Positions 35,940 to 49,849 of a stretch of 64,000 bases of DNA are shown piece after piece. The notes below the pieces were generated by a model. It saw nothing but the letters and a program-made list of their open reading frames with translations. It was not told the DNA's origin and did not search any database. Within the stretch, counting starts at the first letter, position 1, and every line of letters starts with the position of its first letter. Made by a program: the position numbers and the translations under genes. The stretch is from Stegostoma tigrinum (taxonomy: Eukaryota), in the NCBI RefSeq assembly GCF_030684315.1, contig NC_081379.1, positions 29,031,947 to 29,095,946 on the forward strand. The letters run 5' to 3'.

Positions 35940-36860
35940 TATTGAATCAGTAGGAGAGGTAAGAGTAGAGTTTTTGATGCAAGATTAAATGTAATTTGTC
36001 ATAGTAATTGATAGGATAACAGTTTTGAGAGTCACTAATGGGATGGATGGGACGCTGTAGTTGTGTATAGCCTGGTTCAGGCTTGGGAAATATCCATAAA
36101 GTTGGTGCTAAAGAAACAATTTTAGGTGAGGGCAAAAACCTTTTTACCTGTTGTTTGGTTGGGGACACATTGCTGAGTCTTAACCTGTTCAACAGCAGCT
36201 GAGCAGCAGGAGGGCAGTTCTGGACTGAATGAAGTTGTATAGTCGAGTAACAGGGTGTCATTACTTTCTGGTCATGCAAATCAGGATTGTGGCTAGTTTT
36301 GCCAGAGGCAGGTGTGAAAGCAGGGGCCAAGGTGGAATCTTGCAGGATTCTGGATGTGAGAGAGGTTTTTTTTGAGGGGTATTGTGCTGGGAGTGAGGCG
36401 AGGTGTGGCTGGTGGGAAAAGCTTCATTGATTGTATTGAGACAGGTGGCAGTGGAGGGAAATAAGTTCAGTCCTGTGTAGTTGGAGCATAGAGCGAAGGT
36501 GGTGAAGGAAGATGGTGAGACATCGAGTTGAATATTTTGAAAACATTGAGCACGCCAAGTGGGCACAAACCATAGGTCTCATGGCAGTAGAGATCATTCT
36601 GACTTCAAGTGCAATCTCAGTACTGCATATAAACTGATTGGAAGGGAATTGACCAGGGAGTTGAAAATGTGGGTGTGAATTGGGTGGCAACAATACGTTT
36701 AAAGACCTTTAAGGGAAAGTATTTGAAAAACAAATGGACAAAGCATTTTTGAATAAGGGATGTTGACTGTAGATTTGAAAGTGAAGCAATGTTTGAACTA
36801 CTTCAGGCTTTAGGGAGTAAAATTAAGGTGCTCTGAATGTCAACTTAATATTTAGACATG
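35940..36860 (-). mobile_element. Very old L2/CR1-clade LINE fragment
   Basis: Purine-rich decayed sequence resembling the antisense strand of a LINE RT/3' region; no intact motifs. Confidence 0.35.
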
Positions 36861-37217
36861 GATCTGAACTGTTGGTTTTTTTTATAGCCATATTCGTACA
36901 TTTTAATAGCTTACTTGTCGCAAATGAGAGAGACAGTGTTTTATTTGCAATTGACCTGTTGTTAAATAATTGCAATAGGAAGGAGTGGGAGATATAAGTC
37001 AGTAAGAGCTAGCATCAGGACATCTGATCTCTCCTTTTAACAGGAGGCAGAAAGGGTGGATGTTAATTCATGGAGGCAATATTGTCTTCAGCTCTGAGAT
37101 TAAGATCGTAACTTTGATTTATTAGATTAAACATGATGCGCACCCATCCCACCCATCTTTTCTCTTTCCCTGTGCATGCATGCTTTCATGTTAATTTTTA
37201 AAAATTTATTTGTGTAG

Positions 37218-37295
37218 ATTCCAGTAAAGAGCTGGAGGAGCTCAGATCAGCCTACAGTCGTGGTCTCGACTACTTGAAGCAGGATATAGAGCAAC
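37218..37295 (+). CDS. SART3: SART3 exon 10
   Basis: SSKELEELRSAYSRGLDYLKQDIEQ. Confidence 0.95.
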
Positions 37296-38808
37296 GTATG
37301 TTTGTGCTTTTATGTTTCAAATGTATATTACTGTTGGTATGCTGTAGTTGTTTATTACTGTGGCCAGTTAATAATGAGCAGTCTGATTTCTGCCATTTCC
37401 TGATGCACTTGGTATGTTTATGGGACGTAAGGAGAGCCAGACATGGGAGTTGTTCATTCCTTCATTCAAGAACATTTCTCTTTAATATGTTAATCAACCC
37501 ATTGTAGCATTCAGATGTATTTTGAAATTTTGTATTATTCATTCTATTATTCTAGTGAGGCAATTTAGATATTCATCACATTTGTCAGCTGGGGTTTTCC
37601 TTTTTACAACCCACACTGGCCCTTATTCAGTTATTGCAGTACTTGCTGTGCTCCATCTATATTCTAGAATGGACTAATTTACTTTGGCTAAAAATGCAGA
37701 GTTAATGGGTCTGTAGATGCCTGTGTTAACTTTTTAATCACACAGTGCTGTGCTTTTGTGTTTTTATTTTTGCAGAACCTCAACAGTGCACAGAGAATAA
37801 ATTGTTTAATGCTAGTGAAGTTCTGTGGGACTAAAATTAGATGAATGCTTTGAATAAATTCGTATTTAAATAGAATAGTTATCTCTATTGTTTAAACTAT
37901 AATGGACACAGTTAACTAAGTTATTTCCACTCAAATGATTTGTGATGATACCTGGTGTCCCATATATTCCATCCTGCTGTCATTCAGAGTCCTATAGTAT
38001 GTACTTTTAACCTACAGTATTTCTTTTAGACTTCTAGTTCTTTCTCAGATACTTATTTCTTTAACATCTCTAGGGTGCAGAAGCTGAATTGGACAGTTAA
38101 TGTTATGATCTCCTGAATATTCCTAGAACATATTCTTTTATCATATCAACTATTTTGACATACCAATACTGGGCTTTTCTTTATTTGCTCTTTACCTGCA
38201 TAACTGTAAGAACATTTCAATATTGTTAGCTAAGGGTCACTATATATTACATTACTTCTGTGTTACAGAAATTGTCATTGAGTGGAAACTGCATCAGCTG
38301 TCAACCCTGTCACAATTAGTGGCTTTTATTCTACTGTTCCACTACAAAAGAAAATCTAAATGTAATAGGACTTGGGAGACAGTTGGCATTACAGTTGTGG
38401 CAGTTCAGCTAATAAGCAGAGGGATGTTATTGGCCCTTTGCAGAGTGATTGTTATAGGTTCATTCTATGAGGTACTGTGGAATATGCACCTTGTTTAGTA
38501 TATGGTGTTCTTTACCAATTGATAACTTATCTGCCTATTAGTACATTTCAAATTTCTAATAGTTAGTGCCCTCACTGTTTATTTAAATGTATTTTTTTCT
38601 CCCTTTGTATAATTGAGGGTCAATGTTTATATTCTAAACCTATTTCCATTGGTTGCAACGTAAACACTCCCTCAGGATATTGCTGCCTTAATGCCTAATT
38701 CTATCCAGTATTTTTCCTTGATTTCAGAATTATTTGATTTATTCACTGGTGAAATAGTTTTTAAACAATGGATGATTAGAAATTGACAGACTTCTAACCT
38801 TCTTGCAG

Positions 38809-38867
38809 GATTTGGTGAGAGTGGGGACCCCTCGTGTACGATTTTACAGAATTGGGCACGGATTGAG
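38809..38867 (+). CDS. SART3: SART3 exon 11
   Basis: FGESGDPSCTILQNWARIE. Confidence 0.95.
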
Positions 38868-39396
38868 GTAAGTGTGCCAACAGAGAAAAGGGGCTTTTTG
38901 AGAACATATTTCAAACATTAAGTATTAAGGAAGCCAGTGAAAGCATCCTAGAACATCTAATTCCAAAAATAAAGATGAAATGCAAAACATGACTTCTGTT
39001 TGGTTCATGGTCTATTTGAAATGGAATGCTGTACTAGTACATTAAGGTAGTGCCTTCAGGAATGGTATTTTTATCTTCAAGTAGGTGATGAAAAGATTTC
39101 TGGATTAACTTGGATAAAGCTTGAGTTTATTGGGTTGTATTTCATTTTCTGGAAGCAATTGAAACAAAGTGAAATTTTATGAGGTAGCAATAAATTGTGT
39201 TTTCAGCCGTAATAAGTTCCCAGCAATCTCTTAGTAATTGACTTTTTTTTTCTTAATAACAGATATTACAGATAAAATTTTCTAGATGATAATTATGTGT
39301 TGTTTGAAATACTTTTTCCTGGTTTCGATTATTGGAAGTATTATGATTATTACAATCACATTGTTTTTGTGTTTACAATGATAAATAATTTTCTAG

Positions 39397-39506
39397 GCAA
39401 GGCTCTGTAAAAATATGCAGAAAGCCCGAGAACTCTGGGATAGAATCATGACCAAAGGAAATGCAACATATGCCAACATGTGGTTGGAATATTACAATTT
39501 GGAACG
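39397..39506 (+). CDS. SART3: SART3 exon 12
   Basis: ARLCKNMQKARELWDRIMTKGNATYANMWLEYYNLER. Confidence 0.96.
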
Positions 39507-40052
39507 GTAAGAGCATCAGTCTTTCATTGAGCCACAGTTTACTTTTTATTTTTCTCAAACTATCACTTATCCTTGTCTGAAGATGAAATCTAATATGGTA
39601 GTGTGGTCTGCAGACTGTTGATGTTTTTTGCTACCCTGCTGCCGTTCCTTATAAGCTGTCCAATAGGGATAGGTTGCATCCAAACTGTGTGCGGATCACG
39701 CTCCTTGCAGAATGCATAGATGGGACAGTGGAAAGAAAATTCACAAGTGAAAATGGAGAGAGCTTGGGTGGATGTTTTAACAAAATAATGATTTTTTTAA
39801 AAATAAGGAGCTATGTTTTAAAAGCTTACTCCATGTTAGAAATTAATAACAACACATCTGATAAGAAAGAAGCAGGACCATTGAAAATAATGATGGCCCC
39901 AGGAATAGAAACAGAAAATAGAAAAATATGTTTTGATAAAGAGGATGAGACTGGATTTGTGGGTTTTGTTATAGGGGTCATGATGGTCAATATGTGTGAA
40001 TGCATCTGGATATGTGAAAGCATTTGACCTACATTCTCTTTGCACGTTGCAG

Positions 40053-40165
40053 AGCTCATGGCGACAGCCAACACTGCAGAAAGGCCTTACATCGAGCGGT
40101 GCAATGTACCACTGACTATCCTGAGCATGTCTGTGATGTATTGCTTGCCTTTGAAAGGGTGGAGG
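40053..40165 (+). CDS. SART3: SART3 exon 13
   Basis: AHGDSQHCRKALHRAVQCTTDYPEHVCDVLLAFERVE. Confidence 0.96.
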
Positions 40166-41399
40166 GTGAGTTTTTACAAAATGATTGAATTAGTGCCTGA
40201 TAAAAAATACCAGAGTCCTTGGAGCTTATAGTGTGGCTGAAAATGAAGCAAGACTGAGCGAACACGACGCTATTAATGCAGTCCTCGCCTTTGCTGGCTG
40301 AGTAAAGGGCTACCTGGTTGGAAAAAGTGAGCTGAGGTTAATTTTTGTTATTTTGGATTGAAATTTGTGAAGTATACATCTGGAACTGAGTTGTTTTGAA
40401 GGTAGTGGATAAGAGGCCTCGGAATATTTATATGAATCCGGGTACCTCTTAATCCCAGAGACCTAATGCAAATGCTGTCATATTCCCATTGATTCTCTAA
40501 GAATGTTGATATATTCCCTAGAACCTCTTGCAGATGTAAACCTTTTGCCAGAGCACCCGTCACCAATTTCTGATACTGAACTTTCATGTGCAAGGTCTGA
40601 GTAGCTGCATTTGGCTGTTTCAACTAAGTGGCACCTTTATCTTGTGAGAAGACAGTCAGGGCACATTTGTAGACATGAATCAAGAAACTGCCTATGGGTA
40701 GTCAAGTGCTGTTACAGTCTTACATGTCTGATTCTATATTTATGTAAAATTCTTTCTCAAACTATGGAACAAGTGCCCTTGTATGGACAAGTTTTGGGTT
40801 CTTCTGCTTTGTAGTTCCATAGAAATTGAGAGGTTTCTGACACATTCTGCCTTAAGAAATGCTGCAGTTTCTAATCTTCAGTGAAGAAACTATCCTTTTG
40901 ACATGACAAATAAATGCCGTACGTGCTTTTATATTCACTCATCTAGACCTTGTGATACTAGATTCAATTCCTGCTATATGATGAATTGGCTGATTCTAGC
41001 CTGTTGTAGAAGCGCTATATTGCCCATTATCTAAGCCTACAACAAAAATTATTTCTGTGCTGGATGGAAACTATGTTTGTGAAAGGGTTTTAGTTAAGGA
41101 CAGGATCAATTTCTACTGCACAATTATCAAACTCTCGAAAAATTTATCTCTAGATCATTACTCTAAGCTTCTTGAGAGTTGTACGGTGTTAAATAAGCTG
41201 CCTTCTTGCGCTATATGGAGTTGCACATGTGAAATACCCACAAGTATGAAATGCCACAGAACTGGGACACCAAACAGGTGTACCCAGCCTTAAGGAGAGA
41301 TGAGCTGTAAATCATAGTGAGGAGGAAGGACTTAGGAGGAAGTAATGAAGACATTAAATGCTGTAAATCATCATCCTCTTATACAAAGTTAATGAAATG

Positions 41400-41860
41400 T
41401 CAACTTGACTCAACTAGTAACACACCCAACTTTGAGTCAGAAAAAATGAAAGTTTAAAACCTGCAATAATCTTGAAAATGGTTAACCAAGATGAACCTTG
41501 AGTGCTGTACAATGTCAGATGACATGTTAAGCTAAAATCCAGTGACTATATTATATGTGATAAGGGGCTGTAGAGGCACAGTGATAGTGTAGCGTAGTGC
41601 AGTGGTTCAGGTCCACCTTGTTCCAAAGGTTTGTTTTAATATCTCTGAAAAGATTGATGATCAAGAAAATCAAGGAGTTTTCCCCAAATCCTGGTAACCT
41701 TTTTCTTTTCTTCATTGCCATTAAAAACAATTATCTGGTCATTCATTTATTTATTCCATTCACATTGGGCTGCCACTTTTGCTTCAATATGATGCTTGTT
41801 TAAAAATTGATTTGGAACATCCTGAGAATGAGGTGTTGGTACATAAATTTACTTCTTCCT
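41400..41860 (+). mobile_element. Decayed Deu/SacSINE1-like SINE
   Basis: Motifs shared with 47908-48340 (TGAGTCAGAA, AAAACAATTATCTGGTCATT). Confidence 0.45.
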
Positions 41861-42018
41861 TTCTCTAAGTCTCTCTCTTTTGTTCTGAGCTGGAGATGTC
41901 CACTCTTTATGTTCCACACATACTAGCATTTCCAGTTCCTTAGTGAAATGACTCTCATTCATGTGTTAACTTCACTAAGTGAGTACTAGACCAAAGCGGG
42001 ATCAAGGCTCAATCAGAT

Positions 42019-42341
42019 ATGGTGGCTCAGTGATTATCACTGCTGCCTCACAGCACCTGGGACTCAGGTTCAGTTCCACCCTGGGGCGACTGCCTGTGTG
42101 GAGTTTGCACGTTCTCCTTGTTTCTGCCAGGTGCTGTGGTTTCTTCCCGCAGTCCAAAGATGTGCAGGTTTGGTGGATTGGCCATGCCAAATTGCCCAGT
42201 GTTCAGAAATGTGTAGGTTTGGTGGATTAATCACAGGAAATGCGGGGTTAAAGGGATAGTGCAGGGGTTGATTCTGGGTGGGATGCTCTTTGGACTTGTT
42301 GGGCCCAATGACTTGTTTCCCACTGTTAAGGATTCTATGAT
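42019..42341 (+). mobile_element. Near full-length HE1-like SINE
   Basis: A box TGGCTCAGTG, B box GGTTCAGTTCC, core TGTGTGGAGTTTGCACGTTCTCC, CR1-like 3' tail ending GATTCTATGA. Confidence 0.85.
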
Positions 42342-43345
42342 AAATAATATTTAAACCTGGTGTCCAACATATATAATGAGCACATAACAGAATAGAGAGG
42401 AGGAAGAGGCTAAATAACAGATGGAAACAGTATCCAATGCTCATTTGTCTGTCTCCAGCCATGAACCACTGAGCTTCCTTTCAATTGTCTAAGCCTGAAG
42501 TCAGTTGGTGCAGGTTCTAGGATCATATCTGTTCTGTGTGACTAAATAGAAGCATTTGTCAAGAGAATATGACTATACTATGGCTTTAAGAGATATATTT
42601 TTCCCTTTTTTATGAAGAAATATTGTGACAGAGGTGATGAGCAGTCTGCTGCATAAAGCAATCAGCTTGTGAGTTCTTTTTTTTTCTAAAGCCAGAACAA
42701 TAGAAGCAGCATGAATGGGTGGCATCAGGTTCCCACAGAACCAGGGTTTCAACACTTGCTGGGGTATTGAAGGTGAATGTGGAAGCCGTTATTTCCCCCC
42801 CCCTTTACAGCTGAAAGCTGGATTTCTCTCTGCTGTGAGAATTGCATATGAGAATCTACTTTACTGAATTTGCTCTCGCCAAGTGTGTGTTTATGGAAGT
42901 TACAAAATTAGAACAGTTGCTATTTAGTAGTTAGATAATCTATTACTTTGTTAAGTTCTCCAATAGAGTTAAGTTATTCCAATTCTTCTTTCTTTTGTTT
43001 GTATTTTTAATATAGGGTAAGAATAAGGTATGACTTGATTAAAGCTGAATAGTGTAACCAATCAAGTTACATCTAGAATACAGCACCCTACATTTGCCTT
43101 TAAATAAGATAGGCTCTAGACTGTCTCCTTGACATTCTCTACAAGAATGAAATCAGTTCTAATGGCCAGGCTGTTTTTAAGCCAAAGTTGATTCTGTAAC
43201 AATTATCACCAAGAAAATAAGTTAAATCAACTCTGTTTAACACTGTGTCAACATTTCCTTCAATAATTTAGAATAAACCTAAACAGGATAAATGAAACTC
43301 ATTCTGGGTAGTAAAACATCTTCTATCCCTTTTTTCCTTTCTCAG

Positions 43346-43422
43346 GGTCTTTGGAAGATTGGGATCTAGCTGTAGAGAAGACTGAGACTAGACTTAACCG
43401 GGTTAATGAGCAGAGAGCCAAA
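43346..43422 (+). CDS. SART3: SART3 exon 14
   Basis: SLEDWDLAVEKTETRLNRVNEQRAK. Confidence 0.95.
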
Positions 43423-44024
43423 GTAAGTATATAACAAACTTTTTTTTTGTCAGGTGTGTTCAATTTTGCAGGTATGAAGAGAGAGTTTATTCATTGATGG
43501 GTATGGAATAGTTACTAAGATGATTAGTCAGCGCTGTCCACATTCTGGTTCTCAATATTCATTGAGAGAGGTGAACAAATAACTTATGCCAAAGCCGCTG
43601 TTAGGGCTAATCATTGAAATGACTGAACCTCTGAATTTCCTTTCTGTGTGTTCATTTGGATTAAGAACTCCCATTAACTGGAATGTGGAGCTTCTTTCCT
43701 ATTTTTGACATTGGGTCTTCGTACGCCCAGGTTCAATGCAATGCAATGCAAATTGATGCTGCATAGTGCACCCACACTATACCACAGAGTGATTCCAGGT
43801 CAAGTGTGGTCTGCTGGCTGACTCCCCAGTCAATATAGCAAACAATGGAAATATCTGTGGCAGATAACGGATTCTCATCACATTAAAGTTTCAGTGTTGT
43901 TGTAGACAATTCAGAGGAATAGCTTATTTAAAAAAAAATTTTATTGTTGAAAAAGCCAACCTGGCTGAACCAATCCAACGAGACTTTGAGACCATGTTCT
44001 AAAAATCAGGGAAACTAATGTTCT

Positions 44025-44355
44025 GGTTGCAGATCAAAGAAAATATTGGAGATCAGAAATAGAAACAGAAAATGCTGGAAATATATGAGCAGATGGGTTA
44101 GCATCTGTAGAAAGGAATGGCAGGCTTTAACATTTGAATGTGTATCTTGCATCAAAAGGACAAGTAGACATTTTAAATATTGGTTGAATTAATGACAAAA
44201 AAGAAAGGGGGCAACTTAGATGTTTAGTCAGTAAAACCAAAGGAACATTCTGCGAAAGCTAGAAATTTGAAATTTAAACAAAAATGCTGGAAAATGCTCT
44301 GGTCAGGTGGGTAGAAAGAGAAAAGGAGATAACATTTTGGTCAGTGATCTTTCAA
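44025..44355 (-). repeat. Two tandem old Penelope-terminal-type repeats (family C; related copies ~32905-33000, 45775-45857, 60070-60172, 62085-62160)
   Basis: AAAACAGAAAATGCTGGAAA...CAGCATCTGT motif repeated. Confidence 0.55.
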
Positions 44356-45060
44356 CAGCTAACAAGCCTGTTGCAGACAGGCAGTACACGGTTTAAATAC
44401 TTAATAGAAAATAGATAGATGATATAAAGCTTATCAGTCAGGCATTGGAAAGAACGTACAACTAGTTCAGAACATAAAAAGATATGGAGTGTCCAGGAAA
44501 AAAACACTCCCTGAATGCAGTTGTAATGAAAAGCAGTGACAGCACATTGCTGTGCTGTGAGTCTTATCAAAGAGTCTGTGAATCCACAGATATGGACACT
44601 CCACCAGCATTCCCTTGAGATGAAAGGTGTCCATCCCATACACCCTCCCTATCTTTCATCCACATTACATCACACATTCTCTACCCTGAGCAGACCCAAT
44701 CCCATGTGATCAATATTACCTGTGCCATAAAGAAAATAGGGGAAGCAACAAGACTAACAGAAACTTAGGAGGAGCAGCACTTCTCCTTGATATCCTGAAG
44801 GCGTTCAGTCAACAATATTCTTAAAACTTGTGAAAGTTATGTTACTTTTTTAACAGTTTATCAGCTGACTGGTATTAGTCTTTGTGGAGTAAGGTAGGAT
44901 TATGCAATGCACTGAGTTGGTGAATTAATGCTTATTAATACTCCTGTATGTCACTCAATCAAGCCACCTGGAAATTAGCTGCAAATATTATTAAAAGAAT
45001 AAGATTCCCTCCTGAAAGTGAATTTAGTTTTTCAAGTTTGAATTTTAATACTTTACCAAG

Positions 45061-45220
45061 GCTGCAGAGAAGGAAGCCCTGCTCACGAAACAGGAAGAGG
45101 AAAAAAATATGCAACGGAAGAAAGGTCGATCTGAAAAGAAAGCTGCAAAAAAGGCCCAGAAACAAGCATTACCTGGAGACAAACGCAAAGCAGATGAGGA
45201 AGAATGGGGCACCCAAATAG
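45061..45220 (+). CDS. SART3: SART3 exon 15 (basic, NLS-like)
   Basis: AAEKEALLTKQEEEKNMQRKKGRSEKKAAKK...KRKADEEEWGTQI; AAG acceptor. Confidence 0.93.
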
Positions 45221-46836
45221 GTATGATGCCTAGTGAGAGAACTCATGTAAGGAACTTCTTTCTTTATGAACCAACATTTTACTGAGAGGGAGCCAGTAAT
45301 TCAGGCAGTTTTTTTTAAAATTAGTGTTCTGACTTGGGTAAGTTAAAGCTCTCATTCTTTCAGTCTTGTGAAGTAATGCTGTTTTATCAAATGTTTACAA
45401 CAAAATAGTTTACAGGTACAAGTACTGTTGTGGGTGAACAGAGGAAATTTTAGTGATAGGCTTTGATTCATTATAAATATTGAACAAGTGAGGGGAGACT
45501 AGTCCAGTGTTGACATTTTTGGTCTCGTGTCAATTGGGTATTTGAGATGGTAAGTTGAATACTGACTGATCAACCACTCAGCATGACAGGGAGGAACAGA
45601 ATTTTTTAATTTCACGTATATCACCATTTAATGCTGAATGTTAAGTACTACTACAATTCAGTTAGCAGCCGATATCTACTATGGATTAGAATTGTACAGC
45701 AGGCCAGGAGACCATTTTGCCTGTTACTTGTGGGTTCTCTTGAAAGTGCAATTGTTCGAAGGAGAGCTGTCATCTAGTGAGAGTTATCAACTTGAACCAT
45801 TAACTCTGTCTCTCCACAGAAGATGAGCGTTTCTAGCATTTTCTGTTTTTAATTCTAATGTACTGTCCCTTGCATTATCTAAGGAGGCAAAGCAAAATGT
45901 GGTTAGAGAATGACATATTGGACAGTGCATGGTTGAAAGTCAACTCCATTTTAAATGATGTTTTTTACTTATTATTTTAATATATACTTCAAATATAAAT
46001 AACAGAAATCTGATCAATAAACCATGCAGCAATTCAGGAAATAGGAAAGTGGAGTTCGTTAGAATGTTGCAGTTTTATTTTTTCTTAATCTTTTATCAGC
46101 TTGAGAATAAACCTAGTTTTTAAAAAGTGTATAAAGAAAAATAGATTTAAGAGGTTATAAGGAGTTCTTGCACTCCTTTGAACGGTTACATCAACGTATA
46201 TTTCTATTGAGGGGTCACTATCCTGCCATCCATTTTCTCATGTCTCTCGTGCCTGCTATGAGCTATTTTGGGAAAGTTTGTTGTATTAAAGGAACACTGT
46301 GAAAGTTGAAGCTTTTATGGTTTTGGTGTAAATCCAAATCTTGCAATTATTCTCCTATTCTATTATTTTTTAACCACTATTTGGGTTTTTATTCAGGAAA
46401 GTTCCTAATTGCTTCAGTTTGTCTTCCCTGCAACAATCTATATCTGGGTGATGTAGATTTTTGCAGGAAAGATCTGGGTGTACTAATACATACATAATGA
46501 AGTGAATGCTGAGAAGATATGCGGGAGAGTGTAGAATTGGTGACACATTTTAATATATAGGAGCTTTCCTATTTTAAGATTTTGTGCAGAAAAGATCTTT
46601 TCTCCTACGTCAGTAGTCTTTGTTCTCTGGAGAAGAAAATTCCAATGGTCCATAGTATGTATTCTCACTAGTTAAATAGTTTTATCTGAGTTAAGTGGCT
46701 TTTGAATAATCACAGGATATGGGAAGCTGACAGGAAAATGGAGTTGATGCCACAATCACATCAACCATGATCTTATCTAGTGACAGAGCAGCGTCAAGGC
46801 GCGGGAGATTTCTAACAATGTGTCTTTCAATTTCAG

Positions 46837-47282
46837 ATCAACCAAATAAAAAACCTCGAGCCCTGGAGCTGGAAGAAGCTGAGGAAGAAGATCTGTCTAC
46901 AGAATGTGGTCTGTTTGGTCGTAAAAGCAAAACAAAGATCCTAGAGACTCCAGCATTACAAAAACAAAAGGCTGCAGTAGCCACAAGGAACAAAGTTCTT
47001 CATGATGACAGCAAGGATAACCTAACTGTTTTTGTCAGTAATCTGTCATATTCAATGCCCAACCCTGAAGAGAGGCTGAAGGAAATGTTTGAAAGCTTTG
47101 GTGAAATTGCAGACATCCGCCCTGTTTACAATAACAGGGGACTTTTTCGAGGATATTGTTACGTGGAGTTTAAAGAAGAGAAAGCGGTTACCAGTGCCTT
47201 GCGACTGGACCGCCAGGTGTTAGAGGGCCGGCCAATGTTTGTTTCACCCTGCATTGATAAAACAAAGAATCCAGAATTTAAG
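46837..47282 (+). CDS. SART3: SART3 exon 16 (RRM1)
   Basis: TVFVSNL (RNP2), RGYCYVEF (RNP1), ending ...KTKNPEFK. Confidence 0.97.
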
Positions 47283-47579
47283 GTATTGTTGTTGGTGTTT
47301 GTTATGATATTTGAATATTTTTCCTTGTCTCTTGCAACTTTTCCTTTCTTTCAAGAAATTCTAATCCACCAAATTGAAGGGATCCATTTAACCACCAATC
47401 CTGATACACTCCTCAATCCCGTTGGTATGTTTGTGATATGGTTTCAAGCAATATTGAAACCATTAACTTAATGAGGTTCAACTCTAACCCAATTCTCTCA
47501 TCTCAATCCTTCCTAAGATATTTATTTCGATCCTTAACAAGTCTTTGTTTCCCTTAAACATTTTGTAACAATGAAGAAT

Positions 47580-47902
47580 GGAGAACTTTAGTTATGAGGA
47601 AGGACTGAATAGGCTGGGGCTGTTTTTCTTGCAACAAAGGATGCAGAGGTGCGATTTAACTGAAATGATTTAAATCGTCTAGAATTGTGATGGTCCTATA
47701 TAGAGTGGATAGGAATGTCCAGCTTCTTTGACTAAAGAGGTCAGTATTCGAGAGTACATTTACATAAAGTAATTGATAAAATTAGATTAGAGGGTACATA
47801 ATAAAGTTTTTCACTGGGAGAATTGTGGGGATCTGGAACTTGCTGCCTTAAAAATGATGGTAGAGTAAGAAATTCTCACTGCGTCTGAGAGGTGCTTGGA
47901 CG
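47580..47902 (+). mobile_element. CR1 fragment
   Basis: AGTTATGAGGAAGGACTGAATAGGCTGGGGCTGTTTTTC (SYEEGLNRLGLF). Confidence 0.7.
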
Positions 47903-47907
47903 TCAGC

Positions 47908-48340
47908 CATGGAATGTCAGTTGTGGCTCGGTTGGTAGCACTCATGCCATCAAATCATAAGGCTCTGGCTTCAAATGCTAGCAGTGTGTACAAAAATCTT
48001 GGCTGGCATTCCAGTACAGTACTGAGGAGTGTTGCACTGTTGGAGGTGCTGTCTTTTCATTGAGACATCAAATTGAGCCCCAATCTGCCCAGCAGATGTG
48101 AAAGATTGGGTGTGACTGTTTCAAAGAAGGTCAGAGGAATTTATCCAGAGTGTCCTGACTAACGTTTATCAGCCTCGCAAAAACAGATTATCTAGTCATT
48201 ATATATTGCTGTCCATGTGACCTTGCTGTGCAAAAATGGCTGTTGCATTCCCTGTGATACACCGGTGATTACACTGCAAAAGTGCTTGACTGAGTCTAAA
48301 ATGTGGAGATGTGCAATGATCATGAAAAACACTATAACCC
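47908..48340 (+). mobile_element. Deu-domain SINE (SacSINE1/AmnSINE-like)
   Basis: tRNA-like head TGGCTCGGTTGGTAGCACTC; CAGTACTGAGG...GCACTGTTGGAGGTGCTGTCTTT core as recalled for SacSINE1. Confidence 0.7.
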
Positions 48341-48658
48341 ACATGCTTATGGATCAAAAGGCCGTAAGTGAAATTTGACTGTATGTATAATTTTTGGTTG
48401 GTACAAGACCCGATGTGTCACATAGTTGTACCTTGTGCTGTTCAATTTCTATGACTCTAATGTATTCTCATTTTACTACATTTTTTGTTTGTCACAACTC
48501 CTGATAATTTAATTTTCTGGTATTCATTATTTTGCAAGTCATTCCCAGACAGTGAAATGCAATAACGAGGGACTGGTGTTTATAGGATTCACTACAGAAA
48601 CCACAGAGCTTTAAGTAAACCCATTTTTCTCAATGTTTTGCTGCTGTTTCTTCTCCAG

Positions 48659-48811
48659 GTATTTAGATACAGTACCAGCTTAGAGAAACACAAGGTTTTT
48701 ATATCTGGTTTACCTTTCTGCTGCACTAAAGAGGAACTGGAAGAAATCTGCAAAGAGCATGGAAACCTAAAAGACATTCGTCTTGTCACTAATCGATCTG
48801 GAAAACCGAAG
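48659..48811 (+). CDS. SART3: SART3 exon 17 (RRM2 start)
   Basis: VFRYSTSLEKHKVFISGLPFCCTKEELEEICKEHGNLKDIRLVTNRSGKPK. Confidence 0.97.
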
Positions 48812-49054
48812 GTACCTCCTATTACATAGTAACATGTTGAGAAGGCTTTTGTTGCTTACCTGTGAAGCAAGAATATTTTGGACCTTGAACAAACTTTGAG
48901 TAATTTCCACATGCTGGAAATTGATTGCAAATGAACTGTATGTCCATGAGTCTGGCAACTGTAAATCACCTTTCCTTGTCATTAGCACATTGCACATTGT
49001 ACTGGCTGACCTGGCTTTTGATGGTTTTGCTGTGAACTCTCGTGTTGGATGAAC

Positions 49055-49265
49055 TTTTTCACAGAGAGTGGTGTGTACATAGAATGAGTTGAGAGGAAGT
49101 GGTAGAGGTGTTTACAATTACAACATTTAAATGACACTTGGACAGATACATAGATCGGAAAGGTTTGGACAGAGATGGGCCTGACATAAACAAATGGGAG
49201 TAGTTCAGTTTAGGAAACCTGGCTGGCATGCGTGAGTTGGGCCGAAAGTCCGGTTTCCATGCTGA
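49055..49265 (+). mobile_element. CR1 3' end
   Basis: TTTTTCACAGAGAGTGGTG...GGACAGATACAT...GTTGGGCCGAA. Confidence 0.75.
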
Positions 49266-49661
49266 CTTGATTTGTCCTGCATTAAATTATGGTTTCTGAG
49301 CTTTATTCACAGTATACAAGATGGTCAGTTCCTTGGATCTTACACAAACTAATATTGAAATTCTCTGTGGGAAGGGTAGTGCCCTTATAGGTAATTTTAA
49401 TGTGAAGGTTATTGTGACCTGGTTGCCACAGCATCGGCTCCAACAGGTTGTCCTGTAGCCTACATGCCAGATTTGAGACTCAAATTTGAAGACTGCCGTC
49501 CAAAACAAGGAACATTCCCATAAGCCATTAAACTTGCTGTGTCATTTGAGGCTGTGTGAAAACTGTTTTCATTCATATGTGTCTGCCTATTAGCAACCAT
49601 TAAATATGAATTAGTTTTTCCCCTACTTGAAGGCTGAATATTTGAATGAATTTTGTTTTAG

Positions 49662-49849
49662 GGTTTGGCATATGCTGAATATGAAAATGAAGCCCAGGCG
49701 TCCCAGGCTGTTCTTAAGATGGATGGTATGGTAATTAAAGATCATACAATCAGTGTAGCCATCAGTAATCCTCCCCAGAGAAAACAGACTACCAAGGTTG
49801 AATCTAGCAGATCTTCTGGCTCATTGCTTCCTCGACAGGTGTATGGAGC
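49662..49849 (+). CDS. SART3: SART3 exon 18
   Basis: GLAYAEYENEAQASQAVLKMDG...LLPRQVYGA. Confidence 0.96.

Noticed and set aside
42019-42090. Additional tRNA gene
   Set aside because: SINE head with A/B boxes but no valid cloverleaf.
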